Shown here one piece after another: positions 13,903 through 27,084 of a stretch of DNA of 64,000 nt. Source of the stretch: Anaeramoeba ignava BMAN. Taxonomy: Eukaryota; Protista; Anaeramoebae. The notes beneath the pieces are model-generated. The model was given only the letters and a program-made list of their open reading frames with translations, was not told where the DNA came from and searched no databases. The DNA is taken from NCBI GenBank assembly GCA_028826165.1, contig JAPDFW010000106.1, positions 1-64,000 on the forward strand, read 5' to 3'. The position numbers and the translations under genes are program-made. How positions within the stretch are numbered: position 1 is the stretch's first letter; each line of letters begins with the position of its first letter.

Positions 13903-16161
13903 TTATTTATCTGAATTTTCTTTTTGAGAATTTGATTCATTATTGTTATTGTTATTATTATTATTTTGAAGAGAATTTTCATTCCCCAAATCATTTGAAT
14001 CAATATTTCCATCAGTAATTTTTAAAGAAGAGATATTTTGTTGAGAAATATTTTGATCGGTATCAATATTATCCAAAGAATCAAGATTATCATTACTATC
14101 ATCATTTTCTACATAGGGAAGAGTTAAATTATTAGGAAATAATCCAATTTTTGAGTCCAATTGCCCAACACTCATATTGACTCTTTTTGAAATTAATTCG
14201 ATGATTTGGTCTTCTTTGAAACTGAGTTCGTTTTCGTTTCTTGCTTGATAAGAACTCAAAGTGATTAATTTTGTTAATTTTTCTGGTTTTGAATCTTCAA
14301 GTGAATTGAATCTCACTTTTTGCAGTTTGAATGCGCCTCTTTGTCCCTCAAGAATGGCCAGTCTTCCTTGTAGTGTTGATAATGTGGGGTAAATTTCATT
14401 CAAAAGATCATATGATTTTTTGTGGAGCTTGAGCTGAGAGTTTAATAAAGAGCAAAGAGAGCCAAGAAAATCAATATTTTTAAAAAGTTCCAATTCTTCG
14501 AATTTTTTTCTCATATCAAACTTTGCCAGTTCAAATTTATTTTTTGCATCAGAATAATCAAGATCGACAGAATTGATTTTTGAGATATCTTCTTTGCTTC
14601 TTTTTGAATAAAGCTCTTTCCAGTAAGTTTCGAAAATTTTGAGGGGTTGTTTTGTCTTTTTGATCAAAAGACCCATATTTTTGAGGGTTTGTGCGAAATC
14701 CTTGACAAAATTCTGGTGGTATTTTTCCTTCTGTGTTTCGATGACTTGCTGAAGCTCTCCGAATTTGATGAGATATTTTGCAATACTCAGTTCAGGATGC
14801 TGATACTCCTGGCCAAATTGGGAGAAGTCAAAGAGCTGGGATTCTTCTTTTTGGGGGGTTTTTTCAGAAGTTTGGCGCGAACGAGTTTGCGCGGCTTGTT
14901 CTTCTCTGAGGGCGTTCTCGCGGAGCTCCTCTTCCAAGTGCTCACCAAAAACAACGAGGGTTTCACCGAACATTTTGCCTAGCATTGAAGTTCTTGTGGC
15001 AGTTTTGGAGAATTGTTCGATGATCTTAAGACTCTCTTCTGTGTTTCTTTTGAGAGTATTATATTCGCGGTTGATTCCTTTGAGCAGCACGGAGTCTGGG
15101 TCTCTACCACGTTTTGTTTTGTCTTGGACTTTGGGTTTGAGTTTGAGCGTTCCTCCTCGAATTTTTTTGCCTTTTATTCCTGGCCATTGAATAGCGGACT
15201 TTTCAGTGCCGCATGAGATGATGTAGTCTTCGTGAACGAGAATAGTATTTATTGGGCCCTTCGAGACTTCTGTTGAAAAATCGCAGCGGAAATTCTTTGT
15301 GTTCCAGACTCTGATGTTTTTGTCTTTTGAGGATGAATAAAGATAAAAATCAAGTAAATGAATATCAGTTGTTTTTTCATTATGAGCTTGAAAAAAGTGG
15401 ATCGGAAATCCCGAAATTGTACTGAACCAGCCAACAGTTCCATCCCAAGCGCAAGAAAACACAAGGTTATCGCCGTGAATGATCTTGACGATTGGTGCGC
15501 GGTGGGAGTCGAGTAGCTGCACACAGATTCCAGATTTGGGATCAAAAACACGAATCAAACCGTCACTGTAACCGCCATATAGAAGTCCGTTATTAGCTGT
15601 CAAAAAACTGGGCCAACTGACCCCGTTTGAAAAAACATTGAGACACTGGCCTGTCTCTATATCCCACAAATGAATAGTTTTGTCGACGCTTGAAGTGCAC
15701 AAAGTACCGTGGTCAAGAACTACGCCTGTAACCTGGTCCGAATGGCCTTGCAGCACTTGAACATTCTTCGCAGTGTCGAGATTCCAAATGCGCACAGAAC
15801 TATCATTTCCACCAGAGATGAGGAGATTCTTTTCAAAGGCGATGGTGGTTATTCTCCCCTCATGACCCTGAAAAATTTGTTTATTTTTTCCATCGTTCGA
15901 AATTTCCCATGATCTTATTGTTCCGTCTTGACTAAACGAATAAAGATCACTGTTATAGATTTCGAGCCCAAGAACCTTACCTTCGTGGCCGTAGAATGTT
16001 TTAGAGTTCTTCCCTGTGGAAGGCTCCCATTGTCGAATTGTTTTATCAAAAGATCCAGTGTAAATTATTGAACCGTTAGAAATGATTGATGTTATTGAAT
16101 CTGTGTGTCCTGAAAATACAGCCATTGGCTCTAGAATTCCTCGAGGATTATCAGTGAACAT
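13903..16161 (-). CDS. WD40-repeat + BAR-like helical domain + SH3 protein (752 aa, intronless)
   Basis: About 8 WD40 repeats (GH..W[DEN]). Central helical region with BAR-like pattern (YLIKFGELQQVIE, AKNKFELAKFDM, LCSLLNSQLKLHKKSYDLL). C-terminal SH3-like YQARNENELSFKEDQII..GLFPNN. Confidence 0.8.
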   Translation of the reverse strand: MFTDNPRGILEPMAVFSGHTDSITSIISNGSIIYTGSFDKTIRQWEPSTGKNSKTFYGHEGKVLGLEIYNSDLYSFSQDGTIRSWEISNDGKNKQIFQGHEGRITTIAFEKNLLISGGNDSSVRIWNLDTAKNVQVLQGHSDQVTGVVLDHGTLCTSSVDKTIHLWDIETGQCLNVFSNGVSWPSFLTANNGLLYGGYSDGLIRVFDPKSGICVQLLDSHRAPIVKIIHGDNLVFSCAWDGTVGWFSTISGFPIHFFQAHNEKTTDIHLLDFYLYSSSKDKNIRVWNTKNFRCDFSTEVSKGPINTILVHEDYIISCGTEKSAIQWPGIKGKKIRGGTLKLKPKVQDKTKRGRDPDSVLLKGINREYNTLKRNTEESLKIIEQFSKTATRTSMLGKMFGETLVVFGEHLEEELRENALREEQAAQTRSRQTSEKTPQKEESQLFDFSQFGQEYQHPELSIAKYLIKFGELQQVIETQKEKYHQNFVKDFAQTLKNMGLLIKKTKQPLKIFETYWKELYSKRSKEDISKINSVDLDYSDAKNKFELAKFDMRKKFEELELFKNIDFLGSLCSLLNSQLKLHKKSYDLLNEIYPTLSTLQGRLAILEGQRGAFKLQKVRFNSLEDSKPEKLTKLITLSSYQARNENELSFKEDQIIELISKRVNMSVGQLDSKIGLFPNNLTLPYVENDDSNDNLDSLDNIDTDQNISQQNISSLKITDGNIDSNDLGNENSLQNNNNNNNNNESNSQKENSDK

Positions 16162-16271
16162 TTTAAAGAAAACAAAAAATGAAGAAGTTTATTTGACAAA
16201 AAATTTTTTTTATTTTTTTTATTTTTTTTATTTTTTCTTCTTCTTTTTTAATTTCTTTTTTTTTTTAAGTA

Positions 16272-19200
16272 ATGATTGGTTTATCTAAAAAATTTTCTCT
16301 TTATGACCATCTTCAAGATATTGTTCCAAATGTTTCTCTTGAAATGGAAGCAATTTTTTGTGAATCAAGTGATTCTGAAAAAGAAAATGAACAAAAGATT
16401 CGAAAGAAAGAAAATGCAAATTCCAACAGTAAAGATACATTTACCATTTTTAAAACAAATTTTTAAATGAATTTTTAAACAAATTTTTAAACAAATTTTT
16501 AAACAAATTATTAAAACAAATTATAAAACAATTTATAAACAAATTATAAATTTAATTATAAAACAAATTATAAACAAATTTTTAAAACGAATTATAAATT
16601 TAATTATAAATTTAATTATAAATTTAATTATAAATTTAATTATAAATTTAATTATAAATTTAATTATAAATTTAATTATAAATTTAATTATAAATTTAAT
16701 TATAAACTTAATTATAAACTTAATTATAATTTAATTATAATTTAATTATAAACAAATTTTTAAAACGAATTATAAATATAATTATAAATATAATTATAAA
16801 TATAATTATAAATTTTGTTTTGAATTTTTGTTATAAATTTAATTACAAATTTAATTACAAATTTAATTATAAATTTAATTACAAATTTAATTATAAATTT
16901 AATTATAAATTTAATTATAAATTTAATTATAAATTTAATTATAAATTTAATTATAAATTTAATTATAAATTTTGATATAAATTTTGATATAAATTTTGAT
17001 ATAAATTTAATTATAAATTTTATTATAAAATTTAATTAAAAAAGTGCAAAAAGAACATGAAAAGCAAAATGCAAATCAACCTAAATTTGAAATTAATGGA
17101 AATATTGTCGAAAACTCTTTTCTTGTTGGGCATGAAATGAATAATAAGTTTTTGATTTGTAGAGATTGTTTAGATAGCGTTTGTTATTTAAATATACTTT
17201 TATTTATCCAAAAAATTTAACAAAAAATTTTTTTCCTCATTTTAATAGAATCTTGTGAAAAAAACTTTTATTGATATGCTTGATATTTCAAATCATAAAA
17301 GAACAAATATTTATAAACATCATGAACTGTTTGAATGTGTTGGTGCTTCAATTAATTTAGATTTGTCTTTTATGAGTTTGATTTTATTACTTTAAATTTT
17401 TTCTTTTAATTTTTCTTTTAATTCAAAAACAAAATCAAAATCAAAATCAAAATCAAAAATAGTTTTAACTTTTAAAAAAGGCATTATATCTGATGATTTA
17501 AAAAGAGAAACAAGTAATTTTTAATTTTAATTTTAATTTTAATTTTAATTTTAATTTTAATTTTAATTTTTAATTTTAATTTTAATTTTAATTTTAATTT
17601 TAATTTTAATTTTTAATTTTAATTTTAATTTTAATTTTAATTTTAATTTTAATTTTAATTTTAATTTTAATTTTAATTTTAATTTTAATTTTAATTTTAA
17701 TTTTAATTTTAATTTTAAATTTAATTTTAATTTAAATTTTAATTTTTAATTTTAATTTTAATTTTGATTTTAAAAATGAAAAATAGGATATCAATCTTTT
17801 ATTGTTGAACTTCAAAATAATAATATTTTGAAACAATTTACAGATGAAACATCTTTTTATCAAAGAATATTTGTAAATTACTTTTTCTGTTTAAATTTTA
17901 AATTTATAAAAATAATTTAATTTAATTCAAATCAAATAATCCTTTTTTTTTTCTTCTTGATCATTTTCTTTTTAGTTTCTTCCAAATCATAGAAGTACTA
18001 AATATGAAGAAATTTTATCAATTCTTGATCAAAATTTCATTCGTGTTAATCGTCTTAATTTTAAAAATCAATCACAACATAAACAAAAAATTGTAAAAAT
18101 CATTTTAAGAACGAATTTAAAATTATTTTAAAAAGGAATTTAAAATTAAATTCAAAAGGAATTTAAAATTATTTAAAACAACAAATTTAAATTTATTTAA
18201 AACAAGAAATTAAAATTATTTAAAAAAGGAAATTAAAATTATTTAAAAAAGGAAATTAAAATTATTTAAAAAAGAAATTTAAAATTATTTTGAAAAGAAA
18301 TTTAAAATTATTTTGAAAAGAAATTTAAATTTATTTGAAAAGAAAATTAAAAATTATTTTGAAAAGGAATTTAAATTTATTTAAAAAGAAATTTAAAATT
18401 ATTTAAAAAAAGAAACTTAAAATTATTTAAAAAGAAGGAATTTAAAATTATTTGAAAAGAAATTTAAAAAGAAATTTAAAACAAGAAATTTAAAATTATT
18501 TTGAAAAGAAATTTAAAATTATTTTAAAAGGAATTTAAATTTATTTGAAAAGGAATTTAAAATTATTTTAAGAACAAATTTAAAATTATTTTAAAAAAAG
18601 AAATTAAAATTATTTAAAACAAGAAATTAAAATTATTTAAAAAAGAAATTTAAAATTATTTTGAAAAGAAAATTAAATTTATTTAAAACAAGAAATTTAA
18701 AATTATTTTGAAAAGAAATTTAAAATTATTTTAAAAGGAATTTAAATTTATTTGAAAAGGAATTTAAAATTATTTTAAAACAAATTTAAAAATTAAATTA
18801 TTATGTTTGTTTTTAATAGAAAATAATGACGAAACAAACAACTTCATATGTAATTTGTGAAAAATTCATTTGGTATCATTTCAGTCCAAAATCACAAAGA
18901 TTATTTGTACTTAAACCAGTTCCAACAAGAAATGAAGAATTACTTTGTTATTCTTTTGAAAATAAAAAAACTCAAGTTATTTTAGATATGAGTTTAAAAA
19001 TTTTAAAAACTCCTTTTTCAATTGAACCTAAATCAAGCGATGTTCATAAATCATATTGTAATCATAAATCAAATATGCATGGACTTTGTTCACCAAATTC
19101 AACTTATAATTTTCAGATTGTGAAAATATCAACTGTATTTATATTTAAATTAATTTAAAAATTTAAAAATTAAAATTAAAATTAAAATTAAAATTCATTT

Positions 19201-21652
19201 TTGAAATTAAAATTAAAATTAAAATTAAAATTAAAATTAAAATTAAAATTAAAATTAAAATTCATTTTTAAAATTAAAATTAAAATTAAAATTAAAATTA
19301 AAATTAAAATTAAAATTAAAATTAAAATTAAAATTAAAATTAAAATTAAAATTAAAATTAAAATTAAAATTAAAATTAAAATTAAATTTAAAATTAAAAT
19401 TAAAATTCGTTTTTGAAATTAAAATTGAAATTAAAATTTAAAATTAAAATTAAAATTCATTTTAAAATTAATTTAAAAATTCACTTTAAAAATTAATTTT
19501 GAAAGGGTGCTTTTTGTTTATGTAGACAATACCCAGAAAATTTTGAAAATGAATCAATTCTTATTTCAATTTGGATTCTACATAGAAGAGAACAAATCAA
19601 TCTCCAAATACCTTATTCAAAATTATCATCAAAACCATCAGGAAAATTAAAAGCATTTTTTGGATCAATTTATGAAATTCTTGTTATTTATATTCCTGGT
19701 TATTTTTTACAATTTCTTGATTGTACAAGACTTCATGAAACAACAATTCCAATGATTTTTCATGGTATTAAAAATCAAATATTTAAAATGAAAAGATTTT
19801 TTTGTTTAATTTTAAATTAAATTTTTCCAAAATATTTTTCAAACGGAAAAAAAAATTATTTAGAAAAAGAATTTTTAGATCCAATTCAAAAAACAAGTTT
19901 ATTATTATCACCAATTTATTCAGAAGTAGATACACTCAATCGTATTCAAAGTGGTAAATATTTTTTTTATTTTTTTGAATTGAAAATTTATTTTTATTTT
20001 TTTAATAAAATAAAATAGAAAATGATCTTATTGATAATTATTCTGGAACTATTTATTCTTATACTATTTCAAAGGAATATTTAGCAAGTTTACTTCCAAA
20101 ATATCATCAACTCTCAGAATTTATTGTTCATGTTTTTTTAACTCATATGATTGATGAAAAAATGCTTGAAGAAATGAAACCAAGTCTTTTAGATGAAACT
20201 ATTTCATTTTCTTCTCAATTTTTTCAAGAATATATTTTTGCTTCAACTTTTCAAAATCTTCGAAAAAAGAATTTTCAAAAAAATTTAAGAAATTTTCGAA
20301 AAATAATTTTATCAATTATTCCAATATCAACAATAAATAATCTTGAATATGATGTATAATTTAAAATAATTAATTTAAAATAATTAATTTTAAATTTTAA
20401 TTTTAATTTAAAAAAAAAAGAAACATGAATTATTTGATTTTATGAGAAATTCAATTGCTGAATATGAACTTCTAAGAATACAAGATACTTTTACAACAAT
20501 TTCAGAATCAAGAACAATAAGACTCTCATTAACAAATTTACAAGAATCATTTTTACAATTCACAAGCAAAAATATAGCATCAAATGAAGAGAAGGCTTTA
20601 ATGGTATTTCCTGAAATACAAGCATCACCTTTAACAAAGAAGAAGAAAAAAAAAGTGGAACAAAATTTAATCAAATCAAAAGTTTCTTTAAGTTTTTTTG
20701 AAACTTTAATCCAAGACCACATTTCTAAATACTTAGTCAATATTAAAAATCGCAAAACTATCATCAAACAATTACTCAAATTTTATCTCGAAACAATTAC
20801 AAATGAAATTGAAAATTTGTTCAAATTTTTATTCGATAATTTGATTGAACAATATTTTGGTGATGAACAATCTGGTTTGCATTTTATTCCAGAACCAATT
20901 CCTTCAATTGAAAACTCAATGAAAGAAAATGAAAATTCTAAGAATAATTTTAACTATCTTAATAATCAAAGTGTTTCAAAAGAATTACTTTTTTTTAAAC
21001 AAAAAAAGATGTTTGGATTAATGGAAAGATTATACATTTCTTTAGAAAAATTTTATCTTCCTTTTCCAAAAAATTTTCATCCAGTTTTTTGTCGATTAGG
21101 ATTTTATTGTTTATCAAAACAGTGAGAATATTTATTTTAAAATATTTATTTTATAATATTTATTTTAAATATTTATTTTATAATAGATTATTTGCACATT
21201 ATATAACTAATAATATGTTCCAAATCGATATAAGATTTATTCCAGAAATAACTCCCTTTCTTGACTTAAAAACAAAACAAGACCAAGAACTCAAAAACAG
21301 ATTAATTTGTTTACTAAATGGAACTGAAGAAATTATAGAAGTTTCAGAAGCTTTTGAAGTCGATGAAAAATATTTACTTGAATATTATTCAAATTCAATT
21401 TCTGACCAAATAATAAATAAACTCAATTCTCAAAAATCACAAAATGTTCATCCTTTTTCAAGATCAACTGATTCTCATGAAATCATTAGATTTGAACCTT
21501 TAACAATAGTTAAAAATTCTATTCAAGAAATTGATACTAAATCTCAAATTCATTCAATTAAATTTCTTTTAAGTAAAATGGAAAAAATTTATCAAAAAAA
21601 TTTAATTGAACCAGAAAAATTATTGAATTTGGAACAAATAGAAAAAAAATAA
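16272..21652 (+). CDS. GSAP/pigeon-like protein (gamma-secretase-activating protein family), about 13 exons; boundaries approximate
   Basis: Exon translations VGASINLDLSF, EKFIWYHFSPKSQRLFVL, YIPGYFLQFLDC and MERLYISLEKFYLPFPKNFHPVFCRLGFYCL..LFAHYITNNMFQI resemble the GSAP family from memory. Exons are separated by GT..AG introns, several expanded by repeats. Confidence 0.65.
16465..17040. repeat. Intronic 12-bp tandem repeat (ATAAATTTAATT)n
   Basis: Directly visible in the first intron of the GSAP-like gene. Confidence 0.9.
17518..17770. repeat. Intronic (TTTTAA)n microsatellite
   Basis: Directly visible between GTAATT at ~17515 and ATAG at ~17787. Confidence 0.9.
18100..18795. repeat. Intronic ~23-bp minisatellite (AAAAGAAATTTAAAATTATTT[TG]A)n
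   Basis: Roughly 30 degenerate copies visible. Confidence 0.85.
19145..19500. repeat. Intronic (AAAATT)n microsatellite
   Basis: Directly visible; produces the spurious poly-KL/KI ORF. Confidence 0.9.
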
Positions 21653-21735
21653 AAGAAAAAACAAAAATAATTTTTTTCATTTTTTCATTTTTTTGCTTTT
21701 TATTTTTTTCTTTTATTTTTTCTCAATTAAATTTA

Positions 21736-22785
21736 ATGGAACCAACAAATACTTTTGAATTAATTGCAAATGATAAAACCAAATTAATTGGAAAAGAATG
21801 GCTTCCAAAAAACAAGAAAATTGATATAGTTGTTTGTTTAATACATGGATTTGCAGAATATTGTTTAAGATATAAACACGTGGCAAAATATTTTGTTGAA
21901 AGTGGAATCACATTTGTATCGATGGATCTTCGCGGACATGGAAAAAGCGGGGGAAAACAAGGATATGCAGAATCAATTACTAAATTCCGCGAAGATATTG
22001 AAATTTTAATCAATAGTGTTTTTGAAAGAAATGAAAAATTTTTTATTGATCCAAAAAATGTTCCACTTTTTTTATATGGTCATTCAATGGGAGGTTGTTT
22101 AGTTCTCGATTATCTGCTTAATAGAAAGGATCCAAGGCTTTGTGGTCTCATTTCAACTTCCCCTTGGCTTGATCTTCCTGAAGGAACAATTGGAAGTGTT
22201 AAGGTTGTTTTGGCAGAAATTATGAACTATGTTTGGGGAACTTGGAAGGAAAAATCTTCTTTAAAAACTGAATATATTTCAAGAGATCAAAAAGTTGTTC
22301 AGGATTATGAAAATGACCCATTGATTTTTAATAAAATTACAACTAGATTGTTTTGTGAAATTCAACATTCCGGTAAAAATGTTATTAAATTGGCTAAAAA
22401 TTTGGATTTGGGTAAAAAATTAGGGAAAAATTTCCCTATTTTATTATTACATGGTGATGATGACCAAATTACTGACCAAAAATCTACTGAAAAATTCGCA
22501 AGAAGAGCTAAAAATAATGCTGATGTTATTATTCATATTATTAAAGATGGAAGGCATGAACTTCATAATGATCTTGAAAAAGATAGAATTATTAAACTTA
22601 TTCGTGATTGGATTTTTGATAAAACTTTTTCTAATCAAAATCAAAATGAAAATGAAAATGAAAATCAAAATGAAAATCAAAATCAAAATGAAAATGAAAA
22701 TCAAAATGAAAATGAAATTCAATTTGATGAAGATGAATTTAAAAGTTTTTCTTTATCTGAAAATGAAAATGAAAATGATTTTTAA
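21736..22785 (+). CDS. Monoglyceride lipase / lysophospholipase (alpha/beta hydrolase, Hydrolase_4)
   Basis: HGFAEY, DLRGHGKS, nucleophile elbow GHSMGG, LLHGDDDQIT, GRHELHND; low-complexity N/E/Q tail. Confidence 0.93.
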   Translation: MEPTNTFELIANDKTKLIGKEWLPKNKKIDIVVCLIHGFAEYCLRYKHVAKYFVESGITFVSMDLRGHGKSGGKQGYAESITKFREDIEILINSVFERNEKFFIDPKNVPLFLYGHSMGGCLVLDYLLNRKDPRLCGLISTSPWLDLPEGTIGSVKVVLAEIMNYVWGTWKEKSSLKTEYISRDQKVVQDYENDPLIFNKITTRLFCEIQHSGKNVIKLAKNLDLGKKLGKNFPILLLHGDDDQITDQKSTEKFARRAKNNADVIIHIIKDGRHELHNDLEKDRIIKLIRDWIFDKTFSNQNQNENENENQNENQNQNENENQNENEIQFDEDEFKSFSLSENENENDF

Positions 22786-22867
22786 CAAATTTCCCAATTT
22801 CAATAATTTATCAATCAAAATTCCTATTTTTCTCAACAAAAGAATTTAAATAAAAAAAACCCAAAAA

Positions 22868-23925
22868 GGAAAATAATTTAAAAATGTAATTTAATATTTA
22901 ATTTTATTATTAAAATATTAATTTAATGTTTTAAATTTAAATATTTTATTATTTAAATATTTAACATATAAATATAAAAAATAAGAATAAGTTTAATTTA
23001 ATATTTAATTTCATTATTAAAATAATAATTTAATGTTTTAGATTTAAATATTTTATTATTTAATTATTTAACATATAAATATAAAAAATAAGAATAGATT
23101 TAATTTAATATTTAATTTATAAATTAATTTAAAAATGTAATTTTATATTTAATTTTATGTTTAAAATATTAATTTAATGTTTTAAATTTAAATATTTTAT
23201 TATTTAAATATTTAACATATAAATATAAAAATAAGAATAGATTTAATTTAATATTTAATTTATAAATTAATTTAAAAATATAATTTAATATTTAATTTTA
23301 TTTTTAAAATATTAATTTAATGTTTTAGATTTAAATATTTTATTATTTAAATATTTAAAATATAAATATAAAAATAAGAATAAGTTTAATTTAATATTTA
23401 ATTTATAAATTAATTTAAAAATATAGTTTAATATTTAATTTTATTATTAAAATAATAATTTAATGTTTTAGATTTAAATATTTTATTATTTAAATATTTA
23501 ACAAATAAATATAAAAATAAGAATAGATTTAATTTAATATTTAATTTATAATTTAATTTAAAAATATAATTTAATATTTAATTTTATGTTTAAAATAATA
23601 ATTTATTGTTTTAGATTTAAATATTTTATTATTTAAATATTTAACATATAAATATAAAAATAAAAATAGATTTAATTTAATATTTAATTTATAAAATAAT
23701 TTAAAAATATAATTTAATATTTAATTTTATTATTAAAATAATAATTTATTGTTTTAGATTTAAATATTTTATTATTTAAATATTTAACATATAAATATAA
23801 AAAATAAGAATAGATTTAATTTAATATTTAATTTATAAATTAATTTAAAAATATAATTTAATATTTAATTTTATGTTTAAAATAATAATTTATTGTTTTA
23901 AATTTAAATATTTTATTATTTAAAA
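22868..23925. repeat. ~141-bp AT-rich satellite array 1 (~7 units)
   Basis: Recurring unit AATAAGAATAGATTTAATTTAATATTTAATTTATAAATT...GTTTTAGATTTAAAT...TTTAACATATAAATATAAAA. Confidence 0.9.
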
Positions 23926-24097
23926 ATATGATGTTTTTTGAATTTGTGTTTTGAGTTAGTTTTGTTGATTTTTTATTCTAAAATTCTTTTAAAAGTTCTT
24001 TCTCAAAATTGAATAAAAAATTTAATTGGTTTGTTATTGTGGTTTTCATTTTTTCTTTTTTAAAAAATAGAATTAAAAAGAAATCCTTTTTTTTTGC

Positions 24098-26997
24098 TTA
24101 TTTTTCTAATCTCTCAAGTGTCCAATTTCCATTTTCTTGAATATCTTTATTATTTGGGAAATTATTCATTGCTTTAATTATTATTGATATTCCTTCTTTT
24201 TTTCTAATTTCAATTCGATTTTCTTTTTATTTATTTTTGATTTGGATTTTAAATTAATTAATTATTTAATTATTTAATTATTCAAAAAAAAGGTTTTTAA
24301 ATTGATAAAAATATTTTACCTTTATTTAAAGCAATATTACTTAAAGCCCAAATTCCATTTTCTTGAATATCTTGATTATTTGGGAAATTATTCATTGATT
24401 TAATTATTGTTGATATTCCATCTTTTTTTCTAATTTCAATTTTATTTTCTTTTTATTTTAATTTGGATTTTAAATTAATAAAATATTTAATTATTTAATT
24501 ATTCAAAAAAAATGTTTTTAAATTGATAAAAATATTTTACCATCATTTGCAGCAATATTACTTAAAGCCCAAATTCCATTTTTTTGAATATCTTGATTAT
24601 TTGGAAAATTATTCATTGATTTAATTATTATTGATATTCCATCTTTTTTTCTAATTTCAATTTTATTTTCTTTTTATTTATTTTTGATTTGGATTTTAAA
24701 TTAATAAATTATTTAATTAATTATTTCAAAAAAAAGGTTTTTAAATTGATAAAAATATTTTACTATCATTCACAGAAATATTAATAAAAGCTCGACAAGA
24801 ATAATTTTGGATATCTTCATTATTTGGGAAATTATTCATTGATTTAATTATTGTTGATATTCCATCTCGTATTCTAATTTCAATTTGATTTTCTTTTTAT
24901 TTATTTTTGATTTGGATTTTAAATTAATAAAATATTTATTTAATTAATTATTTAAAAAAAAAGGTTTTTAAATTGATAAAAATATTTTACCATTATTTGC
25001 AGAAATATTACTTAAAGCCCAAATTCCATATTTTTGAATATCTTGATTATTTGGAAAATTATTCATTGATTTAATTATTATTGATATTCCATCTTTTTTT
25101 CTAATTTCAATTTTATTTTCTTTTTATTTATTTTTGATTTGGATTTTAAATTAATAAATTATTTATTTAATTATTTCAAAAAAAGGTTTTTAAATTGATA
25201 AAAATATTTTACTATCACTATTTGCAGAAATATTAATAAAAGCTTGACAAGAATAATTTTGGATATCTTGATTATTTGGGAAATTATTCATTGATTTAAT
25301 TATTGTTGATATTCCATCTCGTATTCTAATTTCAATTTGATTTTCTTTTTATTTATTTTTGATTTAGATTTTAAATTAATAAATTATTTAATTATTTATT
25401 TCCAAAAAAAAGGTTTTTAAATTGATAAAATAGTTTTTACCATGATCTCCAACAGAAAAATTATGTAAAATAAAACATCCATTTTGTTGAATTTTTTCAT
25501 TTAATTGAAATTCTTTCATCCATTGAATTGTTTTTTCAATATTAATATCTTCTTCAACTTTAATTTCTTTTGTTTAGATTTAATTTTAATTTTAATTTTA
25601 TATTTAGATTTATATTTAGATTTAGATTTAGATTTAGGGAATAAATTACCATAAATTTTGCCTTCTTTTTGTTCTCGAAAATTTTGTAAATTAATTTGTA
25701 TTTTTCTTTCTTCTATTTCAGGTTTATTTTCTCTTTTTGTTAATTCAATTTTATTTTGATTTAAATCATTTTCTTTTTCTTCTAATTTTTGTTGTTTTTG
25801 ATTTATTTCATTTTCTTTTTTTTGTAATTTAGTTTTATTTTGATTTAAATCATTTTCTTTTTCTTCTAATTTTTGCTGTTTTTTATCCAATTTTTGTTGT
25901 TTTTGATCTAATTTTTGTTGTTTTTGGTTTAATTTGGTTTCTTTTTGTGTTAAATTTTCTGAAATTGATTTTAATTTTCCCATTTTTTCATCTAATAAAT
26001 CAACAAAAAAATTAGATGGAAATAATTGAAATAATTGTGTTTTTTCAATTTTTTGAATTTCTTCTTTTGTAATTTGTTTCTTTTCTTGAATTTTAATTAA
26101 AATTTCATAAATAGTTTTTTTAATTGAATTTGAATTTGAATTTGAATTTAATTCTGATTCTTCTTGAAAAGATTGATTAAAATTGAGTTTATTATTTTTC
26201 ATCCATTCAATAATTATTTCTTGAATTAAATTTGTTTGATCTCTTCCAAAATTTGAAATTAAAAAATCAATAATATTTAAGAATTCATTTGTTTTTAATT
26301 TTGAAATTTCTTTTTTCTGAAGAAGATTATTGTAATTTTTAAGAATAAAATTTTGACAAATTTCTAAAAGAAAATTTGAATGAATTTCTTTTGATTTTGA
26401 AAATATTTCAAATATATTATTTTGATTAATAATTGGTTCAATTTCTTTTTCAATTTTAATTTTTAATTTTTCTAATCTAATTATATCAGCAAATTTAAAA
26501 TATTTTTCGAATTCTTGATGATTAATATTGATTTCACCTTCATAAATATATTTGATTATTGGTTCAACAATTTCAAAATCGAATTCTTTAAAATAAATTT
26601 GATTTTCTCCTTTTTCTTTTGTAAATAAATCAAAAAATGAACTTCTTGCATTTAAAATGATTTTGTGGCATTTTATTGAGTTTTCTTTCTCATTTTCTTT
26701 CTCATTTTCTTTCTCATTTTCTTTCTTGTTTTCTTTTTCATTTTCTTTCTTCTTTTCTTTCTTATTTTCTTTCTTATTTTCTTTCTTATTTTCTTTTTCA
26801 TTTTCTTTCTTATTTTCTTTCTTATTTTCTTTACAATAAATTGTAAAATCTGTAAATTGTTTTTGAGTTTGATAAATTTTTGAAAAATTAAGTGATTGTT
26901 CTTTAAGTAAAATATTATCAATTTCTTTGATTGATAATTTGTATAATTCTTTTAAGTTTTCTGTGTTATTGTTATTGTTATTATTATTGTTATTCAT
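24098..26997 (-). CDS. BTB/POZ(-BACK)-coiled-coil-Armadillo protein, copy A: exon 1 26997-25650, cap exon 25566-25441, 5 internal ARM exons, terminal ARM exon
   Basis: BTB: FTDFTIYC..IKCHKIILNARSSFF..IIKYIYEG. Manually spliced exons give ARM repeats such as ENKIEIRKKDGISTIIKSMNNFPNNQDIQENGIWALSNIALNK. Ends WTLERLEK, stop 24098-24100. Confidence 0.9.
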
Positions 26998-27084
26998 TTT
27001 GTAATTTTCTTTTTTTTTTTTAAAAGAAAAAAAATGAAAAAAAAAAAGGAAAATTAGAAAAAAAGGAAAATAAAGAAAAAAAAA

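Noticed and set aside
14647-15912. Short ORFs overlapping the WD40 gene
   Set aside because: Alternative or antisense frames of a GC-richer gene with no recognisable motifs.
25516-25649. KSKYKIK-type C-terminal tails of the BTB ORFs
   Set aside because: Read-through into the first intron; splicing at G/GTAATT continues into the ARM cap exon in all four copies.
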